NCBI GenBank assembly: GCA_013239625.1
Contig: MU054001.1
Coordinates: 2,114,151-2,178,150 of the forward strand
Direction of reading: 5' to 3'
Length of the DNA: 64,000 nt
Source of the DNA: Lama guanicoe
Taxonomy: Eukaryota
The notes below the pieces were generated by a model. The model worked only from the letters and a program-made list of their open reading frames with translations, had not been told where the DNA came from and ran no database searches. Position numbers and translations under genes: made by a program. Of this stretch, positions 36,795-49,410 are shown one piece after another. The stretch's first letter is position 1, and each line of letters starts with the position of its first letter.

Positions 36795-37385
36795 AAGTAT
36801 TTGGCAAGTGGGTATATGGGCAGTATGTACCCAAATTTAAAATTTTTGTACCCCTTGACCCAGATAGGACACATTTAGAAATTTATCCTAAATATCAGAT
36901 AAACTTGTGTGGATGTATTTAAAATGATGGTAAATGCAGGATCATGAAAAAATGGGAACTGTCTGCATATCTGTGTGTAGAAGATTGGTTCAACAGAGTA
37001 TGGTACACGGATGCCATGGAATAGAACAAACCATTGAAAAGGGTGAGGTGGAGCCAATGATACTGATGTGAAAGATGTCTACAATATATTGTTAAATTAA
37101 AATAGAGCAGGTTGCGGGAGGGAGGGTATAGCTCAGTGGTAGAGTGTGTGCTTAGCATGTGCAAGGTTCTGGATTCAATCCACAGTACCTCCATTAAAAA
37201 TAAAGAAATAAACCTAATTATCCCCCCCCAAATAAATGAATACAAACAAAAAAATAATAAATAAAATAGAGCAGGTTGCGTAGGAGGATTCCATTTACAT
37301 ATACTTACATTTTAAAAACATCTAGAAGAATACATACCAACAGTTAACAGTGCCTTTCTCTGGGTGACTGTATAGGGGGGCTTTG
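36795..37385 (+). mobile_element. Old L1ME 3' fragment, interrupted by a SINE
   Basis: CCCTTGACCCAG...TAGAAATTTATCCTAA; GAAAGATGTCTACAATATATTGTTAA; AACAGTTAACAGTG. Confidence 0.7.
37117..37261 (+). mobile_element. tRNA-Ala-derived SINE (Vic-1-like)
   Basis: GGGAGGGTATAGCTCAGTGGTAGAGTGTGTGCTTAGCATGTGCAAGG...; perfect 19-bp TSD TAAAATAGAGCAGGTTGCG (37098-37116, 37262-37280). Confidence 0.95.
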
Positions 37386-37627
37386 ATTTCCTCCTTGATG
37401 CAAGTTTGGAAGAAGAAATGTGAACTCTCAGAGGAGGGAAGATGCTCTATACCTCATCAGTAAATCGGGTTCCGCTCTTCTCATGGGCATGGGTTCTGAG
37501 AACTGAATGAATGCACGTGTGCTTGGGACAATAAACTAAAGGAAAAATAACCACCACTTACCTCAATACTGTTCTAGGTGCTTTTCATGAAATGACTCAT
37601 TCAATCCTCCCTACAGCCCCATGAGGT

Positions 37628-38445
37628 AGTGATTTATAATAACCTATATGTATTTGGTCTTAGTCCTTGTTTCTGGCACAGAGCTTCTAAAATTCTTGAA
37701 ATTCCCTAAGCGATTAGAGTGATAAAGATGTTTTTGGTTATATTAACACGGTGACTTTGGCTCACACCTAAGGAGGGGGGCTGGTAGCCAGTGGCGCCAA
37801 CCCTGTGATGGGAGGGTTGGAATTTTCAGTCTCCACCTCCCCCCACCCGACTTGGAGGGGAGAGGGGCAGAAGATTGAGCGTAATTACCAATGGCCAATG
37901 ATTTAATAAGCACGCCTAGATAATGAAGCCTCCATAAAAACTCAAAAGGATAAGGCTCAGAGAGCTTCCAAGTTGGAGATCCAGAACACTTCCAAGTGTC
38001 ACTGTGTTGGGCCCCCAGATCCACAAGGACAGAAGCTCTTTTGTCCAGGCCCTCACCCTATGTATCTCTTCATCTGGTTGTCGATTCTTATCCTTTAATA
38101 TCCTTCATAATAAACCGGTCATCTATTAAGTTAGCAGTCTTCCTGAGTACTGTGAACTACTCTAGCAAGTTGCTTGAACCCAAGAAAGCGGTTGTGGGAA
38201 CCTCTGACTTATAGGCGGTTGGTCAGAAGCACAGGTAACAAACTGGGCTTGGGAGTGGCCTCTTAAGTGGAGGGTGGTCTTGTGGGGCTGAGCCCTTCAC
38301 CTGTGGAATCTGATGCTGCCTCCAGGTAGACAGGGTCAGAATTGAGTCAAATTTTAGGACACCCAGCTGGTGTTGGAGAGTTGCTTAGTGGTAGTGGAGG
38401 ACCTCCTTCCTCCCCTCACATTGGAAATTGGTGACCTAGTCTTTG
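37628..38445 (+). mobile_element. MER21-like solo LTR inserted in a MIR
   Basis: TATTTGGTCTT...TGGCACAGAGC, GAGGGTTGGAATTTTCAG, AATAAA at 38108, GGTCAGAAGCACAGGT, GGACACCCAGCTGGTGT; MIR halves on either side. Confidence 0.82.
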
Positions 38446-38674
38446 AAGTAGGTACTGGTGTGAACATCAATGTACAGAGAAGGAAACTGAGGCCCAGAGA
38501 GGATACAGGAGTTAAGCTGCCCAAGGTCACACAGCTACCAAGTACCTGAACTGAGATTTTGGGTCTAGGTAATTTAGCTTCAGAGCTTTTTATCCTAGTC
38601 AAGGAGACGTACTCTCTTTAAGGGGCTGCAATTAGTCAGGGTGTGTTGATCCTGAATGCAGGATGGGAAGATGA

Positions 38675-38862
38675 CAATAGCAGCTTCCCTTTATGGCACA
38701 CTTATTTATGTCAGGCAGTTTGTCCTTTGCCTGTTTCATCTCATGGGATCTTAATAGCAACCCTAAGGTAATATAATTTATAGTCCCATTTTTCAGATAA
38801 GAAACCCAAGGCTTAGAAATACTAAGTAACACAGGTTGCTAAGAAGTGATACTGGGACCTGA
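38675..38862 (-). mobile_element. MIR
   Basis: CCCATTTTTCAGATAAGAAACCCAAGGCTTAGA core. Confidence 0.75.
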
Positions 38863-39820
38863 ACAAGCCTATTAATGGTGCTTTATGGCCTTTTAGGCAG
38901 CTAGTCAGCTTTAGCAACACTGTAAGCCTCCTCGATATTTTTATTAAGTTGAAATCAGGATTGACCGAACATCGTTGGCCACTTGAAAGATGAGTAGACA
39001 AACTTAGCTTTTCCTAGAGTCGCTGTGACTCCCTTCTCCCTGGGTCATGCATTTCTTAGAGCCCGCCCCACGACAGGCGCCTTGGAGGCCTGACCGGCAA
39101 GGGTATCTCAGCAGGAACTGGTGTCGGCCAAGGCACCATGGCCGGAAGTGCTGTGGAAACCGGCAGGGCTTGGAACGAACACTCCAAGGTGGCTGAATAG
39201 AGAGCCCCAGTAATGACTGAGATGTCATTCCTGTCGGCCTGGTGAGTTGGGGACTTGGAGTCAAATTTAAGTTGATTTAAAGAAGATAAAGGAAAAAAGC
39301 CATTTCTCAAGCATGCCAACATCTCGTGGGAGATTGATACCCATTCTGGGTAGTTCCTTTGCCCTTTCCTGAGCGCTGTTTTCAGTCTCCCGTCTCTGGG
39401 GCTTTGTGCATGCTGTTCCCTCCACAGAGCTGCCCTCTGTGCCTTTTCTACTTTCAGAGGCCAAGCCATTCTTTCTAGAGCCTGCTCAAAACCCAAGAGC
39501 TCTTAGCTACTCCGAAGGCAAACCTGTTTCTCCTTCCTTATCCTTTCATCCTTAAACCCTTTGGTACCTCGGTCACAGTTTTACCACATTCTAACTTGAA
39601 GCATCTCAGTGTGAGTAAGTGATTCCCTCTCCTCCCTGCAAAAAACCTGTGACCCTCAGGAGAAAAGAATTCATTCATTCTCTGTGTCTGTATCCATCAC
39701 ATCCTTCTTTGTTTTGTTTTGCATCTTTCAGGAGCCTCAAAATATATACACTGATTTAAAATTCAGGGGAGTCATTTATTCTGAATCTGCCAGCAGCTCA
39801 ATCCCTAGGCTTATTTTCTT

Positions 39821-39832
39821 AATAATAATAAT

Positions 39833-39876
<44 letters not shown>
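39821..39876. repeat. (AAT)n microsatellite at a MIR tail
   Basis: About 18 AAT units with one interruption. Confidence 0.96.
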
Positions 39877-39877
<1 letters not shown>

Positions 39878-40144
39878 AAGTAATCAGTATTTATCAGGCA
39901 CTTACCATGTGCCACTACAGTGCTATGCCTTAAGGCATACTTTTGTTTCCCAAACCAACCTGAGGTAAATATTATCATCCTGCCCACTTTATAAATGAAC
40001 AATGGAGGCTGCCATATAGGAAGCAATCAGTAAAATATGTGTAGAATAAATGGTGAATTTATGCAAGTTTACGTTTCTGGAAAGTAGTAGAACCAGTGTA
40101 GGGAACCAGCTCAACCTTCAATTCTGCCCCTCCTTTCCTCTTTG

Positions 40145-40305
40145 CAGGACCAGCTATCTAATTTGTGGGGCCCAGTGCAAAGTAAAAATGTGGGGTCATA
40201 AAAATTAATAATTTTTACAGCAGAGCATTAAGCAAGTAGAGGGTCCTCTTAAGCGTGGGGTCCTGTGCATCTGCGGAGGTCACATGCCCACGAAGCAGGT
40301 CCCAC
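40145..40305. mobile_element. MER45A-like MITE
   Basis: CAGGACCAGCT...TGTGGGGCCCAGTGCAAAGTAAAAATGTGGGG; similar to 32522-32708. Confidence 0.75.
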
Positions 40306-41764
40306 CTCTGGTCTTACCATCCCTTCTCCCTCTGTAAGACTGAGCCCATGCCCTCTGGCTTACCTTCAGGATTTCTGGGATGCATCACCTCTTTGGCTGC
40401 TGCTGCCTTTTGTGTTCCAGGTGTAGGCGTTTGAAGGTTGGGCAAGAGTTAGAAGTTTGCACTGTGGGTTTGACGTTGGGTAAGAGGTGGTAGAGCTGAA
40501 AAGCAGAGTAATCAGGGCTTGTGTGAATGGGGGGTCCTCCTCCATGGCCAGCAATCAAGCTGAGTGTGATGGAAAGATGATTTAGGACAAGACAAGAACG
40601 ACGTTGTATGACGTTGGTTTGGTAGATGGAGGAGAGAAGGACCACACTGTAACACTGATTACAACTGCTCCCCACCAACATTTATTAGAGGACAAGCACT
40701 GTACCAAGACCCTTATATCCTTAAAATTTTTTTAATTCTCGTAAAAATCCTATGGGTCAAGTAATATTAATATGCCCTATTCATAGGCAAGGAAAGTGAT
40801 TCTAAAACCCCTGAAGAACTGCCTAAGCGTTCATGTACTCCAGCTGAGATCCCAGGGAACTCTAAATAGCACCTCTCCCTGGCCTCTCTAATGAGCTGGT
40901 TTAAAATAGCTTCTCTTGTGTGGCAGAATGGCTCCCGGTCCTGGGGCTGGTGGAGGGGGAAAGTGATCTAATCCATTTAGAAAGTGGTTCCTCTCTTGCT
41001 GTTTTGTCAGGGAAGGTGATACCTGAGTCCAAAGATGAGTAATTAAAAACCCTCTTAACACCACTTGAAATCAAGTGGCTCATATGCCGCACGCTGAGTC
41101 TTCCATCCTCTGGGCTTGGGGTAATGATTGTCTTTTTAATACCAGTTTCAATTGTAGTTTGAATCTCATGAGAGGCAAATAAAATAAACACCAGACAATC
41201 TTTTAAAAGATAAACAAAAACCTACCAAAAAAAAATTTATGCCCGATGATTATGTTTCCCATAATTTTGCATCCCCCATTACTGTTTGAACTTAAAAAAA
41301 GCAAACCCCAAACCCCAAACAACATACACCCCTTTGAAATGTAGTTTGGCTTCAAGTCATCTTGAGTTTTTTTTCATGTCTAACAAAATCTCACAATTAC
41401 TAAAATAGCGTATAGACAATTACATATCATTGGGACTTCATATTGACTTGATGTGTCTACACTAGCAAGTTACTATGAATTTAACATACCTGAGTCGTGA
41501 TTAGCCTTTTCAGAGCATGTCAGAATCTTCCTAAGTCACCCCGGGTGGACTCGCTTTTTCCTGGAGGTGGGATGTGTCAGGAAGTGGAGATCGGGCTGGG
41601 GAGGTGAAGTTCATCCATTCTTCAGGGACCATTCATCTTACTGGGCGGCTCCTTTTGAGCAGGTGCACGCTGCCTTCTGATGTGCCCGTGAATGATAAAT
41701 TCTAAGTAGTTTGCTGTCCTTCTCTCCTTTCCTGCTCTTCCTCTTTTATCCACTAATCAAGTCA

Positions 41765-42040
41765 AAATAACAATAACAGTAACAATAACAGTGGGCCATT
41801 TTTGAGTGTTTGCCAATAGCAAAACAGTCGAAACACTTTAAATACACTTTACTTATCATATCTCTTTTAAGCTTTGCAACCCCTCGTGAAAAAGGCATTA
41901 TTTTTATTTTATAGTGGAGGAATCTGAGTCTAGGAGAGGTCAAGAAACTTGCTCAAGGCCAAGGCCACACAATCAGTAAGCAGCACAATTGTGACATGAA
42001 CCACGTCTTCTAGCTGTTAAGAGAGTGCTCTTCACTACTG
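41765..42040 (-). mobile_element. MIR
   Basis: TTTTATAGTGGAGGAATCTGAGTCTAGGAGAGGTCAAGAAACTTGCTCAAGGCCA. Confidence 0.8.
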
Positions 42041-42873
42041 TGTTTTGAGGGAGCCCTCCTCTAAAAGAGGCAGCTGAGAGGGGATGAGCCGTAGGGGTGG
42101 GGGCTAGAGTCATGAGTGGTTCCAGCTCTTTAGTTCTGTGACCTCACACTCCGTCCCAATCCCTGGGGGTCAGACAGCAACAGCCTGAGCAGAGACTTTC
42201 TAAAGACTGTCCACTGCAGCTTTGTATAAAGTAGGGGGGAAAAAGTGTAAATAACCTTATTTTTCATCAGCAAGGGATTAAAGCAATGAAGGGTGGTGCC
42301 TGCACACAGTGGAATATTCCCCAACCACTGAGAAGCATGTCAGGACTGGAGAAGGACAGTCAGACTGGTTAAGGGACTTGCCCCAGATCATACTTGTGTC
42401 TTCCTCTGGCTCTGCATCCTGTCCTTCCTGTGTCCTCCCTAGAATGCCCAGTTGGTTTCAAGTGTCACATGGTTAGTTAGTCAGAACCGGGGCATTCCCT
42501 CTACTGATCAATATGGAACAGGAAAATGAGAGGTTCAGTAATGTGTTGCTTAAGGAGTGACTTGGCCTCAGCTAAACCTATATTTGAATCTTCAGCTGGC
42601 AGGACTCCATAGCTCTCCATAATCTCTCAGCATGACACTGGAGCAGACGCAGTGGCTTTGCGGTCGGTCTAGAGGACAGACTTCACCTAGCCCCTCCTTC
42701 TCCTCTGGCTGGCACAGAATGGCAGAGAGAAGACTGGGTGTCCAAGAGCCATTAAGAGAGTGCTGGGCCAGGTGAACCTTGTGACTGGACACAGCAGTGA
42801 CCTCTGGGGACTGATGATCAGCACCATATTGAGACCTCTCAGTGGATGTCAGTATGTCTAGGTACCTCTTTCT

Positions 42874-43429
42874 TGTATTTGCCAGTGTTTTCCAGAGAAA
42901 CAGAAGCAATAGGGGATGGATGGATGGATGGATGGATGGACGGACAGACAGACAGATAGACAGACAGATAGACAGATAGAAGAGATTTAATATAGGAATT
43001 GGCTCACGTGGTTTTGGAGGTCTAGAAGTCCCATGATCTGCCATCTGCAAGATGGAGAACCAGGAAGGCTGGTGGTGTAATTCAGTCTGAGTCTGAAGGG
43101 TTGAGAATTGATAGTGTAAGTCCTGATCTGAGTCTAAAAGTCTGAGAACCAGGAGGGCTGATGTCCAAGGGCAGAAGAAGGTGGATGTCTCAGCTCAAGC
43201 AGAGAGAGAGCAAATTGCCTGTCCCCCGCCTTTTGTTCTATTCAGGTCCTGAATGGATGGGCTGATGCCCACCCCCACTGGGGAGGGCCATCTGCTTTAC
43301 TCAGTTCACCAATTCAAATGCTAATCTCTTCTGGAAACACCCTCACAGACACATCCAGAAATAATGTTTTACCAACTATCTGGACATCCCTTAGCCCAGT
43401 CAAGTTGATGTATGAAATTAACCATCACA
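42874..43429 (-). mobile_element. MLT2 (ERVL) solo LTR with internal (GGAT)n/(GACA/GATA)n repeat
   Basis: TGTATT...TCCAGAGAAACAGAA start; AAACACCCTCACAGACACATCCAGAAATAATG; AAATTAACCATCACA end. Confidence 0.93.
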
Positions 43430-44324
43430 TCCTTAATAACTTGGCTCCAGAGAAATTCCCCAAATTTAAAGCAGCCCACAGGAAAAGAAGGAGGGTATCC
43501 CAAACTCCTGAAGTCTTGAACTAGAAAGTAAATTCAGTTATAGAAAGATAACATTATGTTTCTCACGAGCCTGATTTAGTGACCTGAGATTCACAGCTGC
43601 TTCAGTGATAATGATCCAAGTTCGTTTGAATGGAATTCTTGGGACGGTTCACCCTAAAAAGAGCCCAGTAGCCTTTCACGTTTTCTGCAGCAGGTTGGAT
43701 GGGGACGAGTGCTCCCGTCTCTGGGAAGATTCTGCACCAGTATGGCGAGAAGCAGCAGCTGATGATTCTGAGGATGTTAACTGGCTTTATTAATGATAAC
43801 CACAAACCAGAGGCTTTGTGTTTTCTCCAGGAGTCAAGTGAGAGATTGCCTTGTCTCCTGCCGTTCCCACAGTATAATCAAGGCATCAAGCTAAATTAAA
43901 GGAAATGCCATCTTCTCGTGACAGCAGGTGCAAAATTACCTCTAATTATGAATTTGCTAGGTACAACAGTGACTCTGCGTGAATTATAACGTTGCATTCA
44001 TTAAAACAGCCATTTAGGGTCTGACCTACCTTAACACACCTACAGATTCTCAGAATTCAACAGTGAGTCCATTTCAGCGCATCCACTGTGGTCTCAGAGA
44101 TCTGTGTTGGTCTGACAACTTGCAATCTGAAAGCTTTGTTTAAAGCATAAGGTTCAGAGTAAGGAAAGCTGGGCTGAGTTTGAGTCTCAGACTTGCCATG
44201 GACTTGCCATGGTGGGTGACTTGAACAAGTCAGTTAACCTTTTCGGAACTCAGTTCCTTCATCCATAATACAGAGGGGGCACAACTGGGCAATCAATATT
44301 TAAGACCGTACAGCTCAAGATGAA

Positions 44325-44565
44325 TGTGCTACTCAAAAGTGTGGGCCATGGACGAGATGCTTGTTGGAAATGTAGAATCTTGGTCCCTACCCTAGATTTA
44401 CAAGTTTCAAAATACAATATGCTATGGATCATCTGGGGATCATGTTAAAATGCAGTCTCTGCCTGAGTATATCTGGAGGAGGGCCTGAGACTCTGCATTC
44501 CAGTGAGCTCCCAGGTGCTGCTGCTGCTCCAGCTGCTCTCCAAAGTATACTGTGAGTGGTGAGGC
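44325..44565. mobile_element. MER5A/MER5B fragments
   Basis: CTCAAAAGTGTGGGCCATGGAC; TGTTAAAATGCAG; GGGCCTGAGACTCTGCATT...CTCCCAGGTGCTG. Confidence 0.75.
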
Positions 44566-44609
44566 TCTCAGATCCTTTCTAGCTGCATATTATCTTAGCA
44601 GGTGATGTT

Positions 44610-44845
44610 TGTAGAGTACTTTCTGTGTACTAGACATTGTGCTAAATACATGCATTGTCGCATTTAATTCTCATTAAAAATTCTACAGGGGGGATATGGT
44701 TAATGTCACCCACATTTTGTAGATAATTAAACCAGAGATTATGGAGATCATGAAACCAAAGATCATGGAGATTGACAATTAGCCCAAGGTCACAGAGGGC
44801 AGAGCCGCGATTTGAATCCATGTTATCTGGCTCTGTTGCTCATAT
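44610..44845 (-). mobile_element. MIR
   Basis: CATTGTGCTAAAT...CATTTAATTCTCA...GCCCAAGGTCACA...GCAGAGCCGCGATTTGAATCCA. Confidence 0.8.
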
Positions 44846-46859
44846 GCGTGATGGCAAGACTCTATGACCTTCCAAGTAATTTAGCTTTTGAAAAACTCTA
44901 ACTCTTGTTTCTTTGCCCTTCTGGGCAAAGTTGTGATGCCTAATTCTCTACAGGGCAGCAGGATACTAACATAGCCAGTTGATGTGACCCGAGTTCTAAC
45001 TCGCGCTATTCCAGGATTGTATTGTATTAGATGGATGAATATACATTTCCTTATCAAAGGGGCATTTTGAAGAGTTCCAGTTTTTTCCTATTATGAACAG
45101 TGCTGCAATAAACACACTTGTACATACACTTCAAACATGGTATGATCTTGGGACAGATCGTTGTATGTCCTGTGCCTGGACCAGATAATATGCATTGTTA
45201 TAGTTGGATAAATACTGTCATCTTGTCTACCACTGCAACTCATGGTTACACCAAATTTAGTGTTCAGTGGGGAATGCTAAAATTAAAGCTCCTCATAGTG
45301 GCTGAATTTAAATATTGAATCTCAAATTTCTCTCAGGGAAAATTCTCACCCCATAGTTTCAAATTGCAAAATTATTACCTGTGAGAATGGACTCCCCTTT
45401 TGGTTGGTTCTCTCTACCAAAGTGCTAATTCCACTGAGAAATAGTAATACTTTTTTTTTTAAACTTGAAAATAAATGAAGAAGAGGAAGTCGTGAAGCTG
45501 GGATATGTTTGTGGAGTTTGATTTTTGAAAAGACATACCTCATATTTGGTAAAATGGAATTGCTTGGTTTCCCTGTTTGGCTCCATTAGCCTAAACCTCA
45601 AAAGACTGTCTAGGGCAGCTCAAACTCCAGGAAAAAACAAAAACAAAAACAAAAACAAAAAACCGGATGAAGGCTCATTTTGATGAGAAGACTGAACTCC
45701 AAATGGTTGTTTGGGGAACCAGCTTAGACTTCTGGCTGAAACTCAAGATGTTACACATTTGCCTGCATATTTAATACTGTACTCAAGTTCCCAAAGACTT
45801 CACTGATGGATTTTTTTATTTGTGAGTCTGCGTATTTCTCCCTCCTACAAATGGTTATTTCTCTACACAGATACACGTGGGAGAGTATTTAATTAGAACT
45901 GAAAATGTTTTGAGCATGTTAAGTACAATCTAAGTGATAAGCATCATGATCTTTAAATGCTACAATAAGCATTATAATACATGCCTAATTCACTGATGAG
46001 CACTTGGCATGTCTTTGACAAATTCTTAATAAATTGCTCAAAGGAGCCCTTTAGAAAGTGTCATTTCACACTGTATAACTCTACCTTTGATATTTCTCAA
46101 CCTTGTCTATCTGTAGAAATGGGAAATTCTCTTGAACATTTTTCTTAACTGATTCTGATTTATGGCTTTCGGTGGAAACTCCCAGGGACTTGTTGCAATA
46201 TACTGTAAATGAAATCTGCTAGCTACACAATTTGAAAAGTGAAGGCTGTAGTCTCCAACTTTTCAAAAGCAGCCCATTTCACCTCGACAATGAATTATGG
46301 GCTACAAGTACAGAGAAAGCCTGAATACTGCACTTGGTATGTATCTTCAAGGGAAAAGCTGTAAGAATCTAACAAAGGCCAGCCACAGCCAGATGTCATC
46401 TGGAGGGCATTAAGAGAAGATTTGTAGCAATTTAGTTGATTGTTAGTGTTAGAAGCAGTGATTCCTTAGCATCAAAGTACTCAATAAATTCTCCCTGTGC
46501 CCCGATTTCAGACTTTGCAATTAAATTTGGGTGTAGGAAAAAGATGCTTTGGAAAATTAATTTTTAAATTAAAAATTTAAAGCATGCATTAATTTAGGAA
46601 AAGTCTATGGTTGCATAGCACTCAAATTACTTGAAAGTGGAAAGTAAGCAACACTGAATTTGGCAGGCTCATTTATTTTTCTCCTACTATGTACCCCTAA
46701 GCAAGGTGTTCTAACTGCAAGTATTTAATGGTAAGTATTTAATTTCAGTCTTTTATATCTGCACAAAATATCTGAAAAGGTGAAAGATATGCTGATGAGA
46801 AAGGTGAAGCTCAAAGAGGTTAAACACATTGTGAGTGGAGGGAGTTGGCTCACCGACTT

Positions 46860-47412
46860 TTAAAAAATAACATTTTATTTTGGAATAATTTTAGACTTAC
46901 AGAAAAACCACCAAGATAATACAGAGAATTTCTGTAAATCTGTTACCTTGTTTTACCTACTGTTAACATCTTACATAACCATGGTATATCTGCCAAAACT
47001 AAGGAACTAACATTAGTTCATTACTATTAACTAACCTCTAGATTTTATTCAGGTTTGTTTATTAATTAATTTTTCACTAATGTCCTTTTTCTGATCCAGG
47101 ATCTTTTTCAAGACCCCACATTGCATTTTGTTGTCATGCCACATTGTCTCCTCTGGTCTGTGACAATTTCTCAGTCTTTCCTTGTGTTTTTCAAGTCCTT
47201 GACAGTTTTGAGGAGGACTGGTTATATATTTTGTAGACTGTCCCTCCATTTGGATTTATCTTAATTTTTTTTTCATGATTTGACTGGGGTTATGGGTTTC
47301 TGAGAAGAACACCACACAGGTGAAGTGCCTTTCTCATCACATCATATCATGTTATCCTGCTTTCAACGTAACTTACCACTGGCAATATTAACCCTGATCT
47401 CTTGGTTAAGTG
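46860..47412 (-). mobile_element. L1MC-type 3' fragment
   Basis: TTTTATTTTGGAATAATTTTAGACTTACAGAAAA...TCTGATCCAGGATC...CACATTGCATTT...GTGAAGTGCCTTTCTCATCACATCATATCA. Confidence 0.85.
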
Positions 47413-47632
47413 CATGTCAGATTTCTGGGGCTACATTTTGGATCAGTGGTAAGGAGTGTGCCAGTTGATTAGTGATGCCTGTTGTGAACACAGAATCTGT
47501 GGAAGAGTGGTACTCAAAGCGAGTACCTGCTATTTCTGACTCTTGTATAAGATCACCATCTCTTGCAGATGAAACTGAGGTTCAGTTATTCAGAATCTCA
47601 TGTCATTGTACCTGTGGCTCTGCCACCCATAT

Positions 47633-47916
47633 GTATGTATTTATTTATTGTAGTTGATTTACAATACTGTGTTAATTTTAGGTGTACAGCAAAGTGATTT
47701 GGTTGTAAATATACATATATATTCTTTTTCAGATTCTTTTCCATTATGAGTTATTACAAGATATTGAATATAGTTCCCTGTGCTATATAGTAGGTCCTTG
47801 TTGTTTATCCATTTTATATACAGTAGTGTGTACATGTTAATCCCAAACTCCGAATCTATCTCTCTCCCCATCCGTTTCCCCTTTGGTAATCATAGTTTGT
47901 TTTCTATGTCTATGAG
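47633..47916 (-). mobile_element. 5'-truncated L1 3' end
   Basis: GTAGTTGATTTACAAT...TATTGAATATAGTTCCCTGTGCTATATAGTAGG; TSD TCTGCCACCCATAT/TCTGCCATCCATAT. Confidence 0.93.
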
Positions 47917-48424
47917 TCTGCCATCCATATTTTAAGCATAAAAAAACAAATATTTGTCAAAAATCTATAATATGCAAGGGCCATATTTATGTTTCTCATT
48001 TAATAGACTAAGAGAATGTTAAAGGCAGCCTTAAGAGATAGCACAGTTTCCTCATGAGATAGCACAATTTCCTCATTATTATTTTTTTAATGGAAAAAAT
48101 TTTAAATGCCAGTAAAGGGAACAAATAGACCAGAGGCTCGAAAAGTTACAATTCTTGCCTGGAGCATAGGAAGCTGAGACTGGAATTCTGTCTTCTGACT
48201 GCTTGAGTATGCTGTATCCCTGCTTGTATCTATTACTGTATTTGTGCAAGTTACTTAAGCCTAGTGCCTATGGTAATTTATGGCATGGTCTCCTCTAGGA
48301 GACCATTGAAATCAACGCTTTTCAATTCATAGGAAAATAATGCATCAGAACATTTTCTGCGTATCTCATCCAAACATTTTTGTTTTTACAAACAACTGTG
48401 GCCTTTCAAAAATCTACTCACGTG

Positions 48425-49410
48425 CGAACAATTTAGCGAGTACCAGCCATTTATCAGGTACTGAGCAAGAAGCTGGCTCTACATTGGCAAATTAAGTCGA
48501 CATGGTCCCTGTAAGAACAAGCTTATATTCTAGTGGAGTATACAGATGTAAAATAAATTGAAATCATAACAGAATTATAAGGGATAAAAAATGCTATGAA
48601 GGAATCAAACATGGAGTGTCAATACAATAAATGAGGGAGGAGAACCTAATTAGGGTGTCCAGGGAAGACTTGCCCAAGAAAGTGATGCTTACACGGAAAA
48701 GGAGGGAACCTTGAAGTGTCTGAATCAGAGTGAGTTGTGTTTGCAGAGGCCCTAGAACAGGACAGGACAAGTCTGAGGAATGAGAAGAAAGCCTGCAAGG
48801 CTGGATTTTAGTTAACAGTGGAGCAGCAGATGGGGCAGAACCCTACTCGTATCAGCCCTTAGTGGTCCTGCATGTGGTGGCAGCTTTCCCTGGCAGGCTG
48901 GGTCAACATACTGGGCAGGATGCAGGTGCCAGGGAGTTGATGTTCCAGGAGCTGTTTCTAACCTGTGATAAATAGGTTGGGGGAGACATGTCCCAGGCTC
49001 CCATCCCTTGGGGTGAGGGCAGGCGGGATGACTGAGAGGCTCGATCTGTGGTCCCCGCCGTCTCCCAAGGGTCTTCCTTGGGACTGAACTTTAGGAGCCC
49101 ATTGTGGTGAGCTGCTTATTGAGATACCTTTCGTTGGCTTCCTTTCCTTGACTGCCTGTTTCTCATTTCCTTATTGTTTTCCTTCCAAATAAGCTCATAT
49201 CCTTTTTCCAAGGTCTCATTTGGTGGAACCCAGCTGAAGGTCAATGGAGAAGGTGATACAAGCAGAGAATGAAGATGTAGGCAGAGGCTCGACCATGCAG
49301 TGCTTTGCAGGCTTTGTCAAGAAGTTTGATTTTACTCTCAGGACATCAGGAAAATGACTGAAGGCTCTTAAGAAAGGAGTCACTTGACGAGATTTAGGTT
49401 TTAAAAAGGA
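48425..49410 (-). mobile_element. L2 fragment, split by an LTR
   Basis: GACATGGTCCCTG...GCTTATATTCTAGTGG; CAGGGAAGACTT; resumes GACCATGCAGTGCTTTGCAGGC...GATTTAGGTTTTAAAAAGGATC. Confidence 0.72.
48848..49240 (+). mobile_element. LTR16-like ERVL LTR
   Basis: TCCTTCCAAATAAGC...AAGGTCTCATTTGGTGGAACCCAGCTGAAG 3' end resembles LTR16. Confidence 0.6.

Noticed and set aside
39684..40026. Poly-Asn, poly-Ile and poly-Tyr ORFs
   Set aside because: Translations of the (AAT)n microsatellite.
42592..43050. 152-aa ORF on the minus strand
   Set aside because: Starts inside an MLT2 LTR and translates its tetranucleotide repeat.
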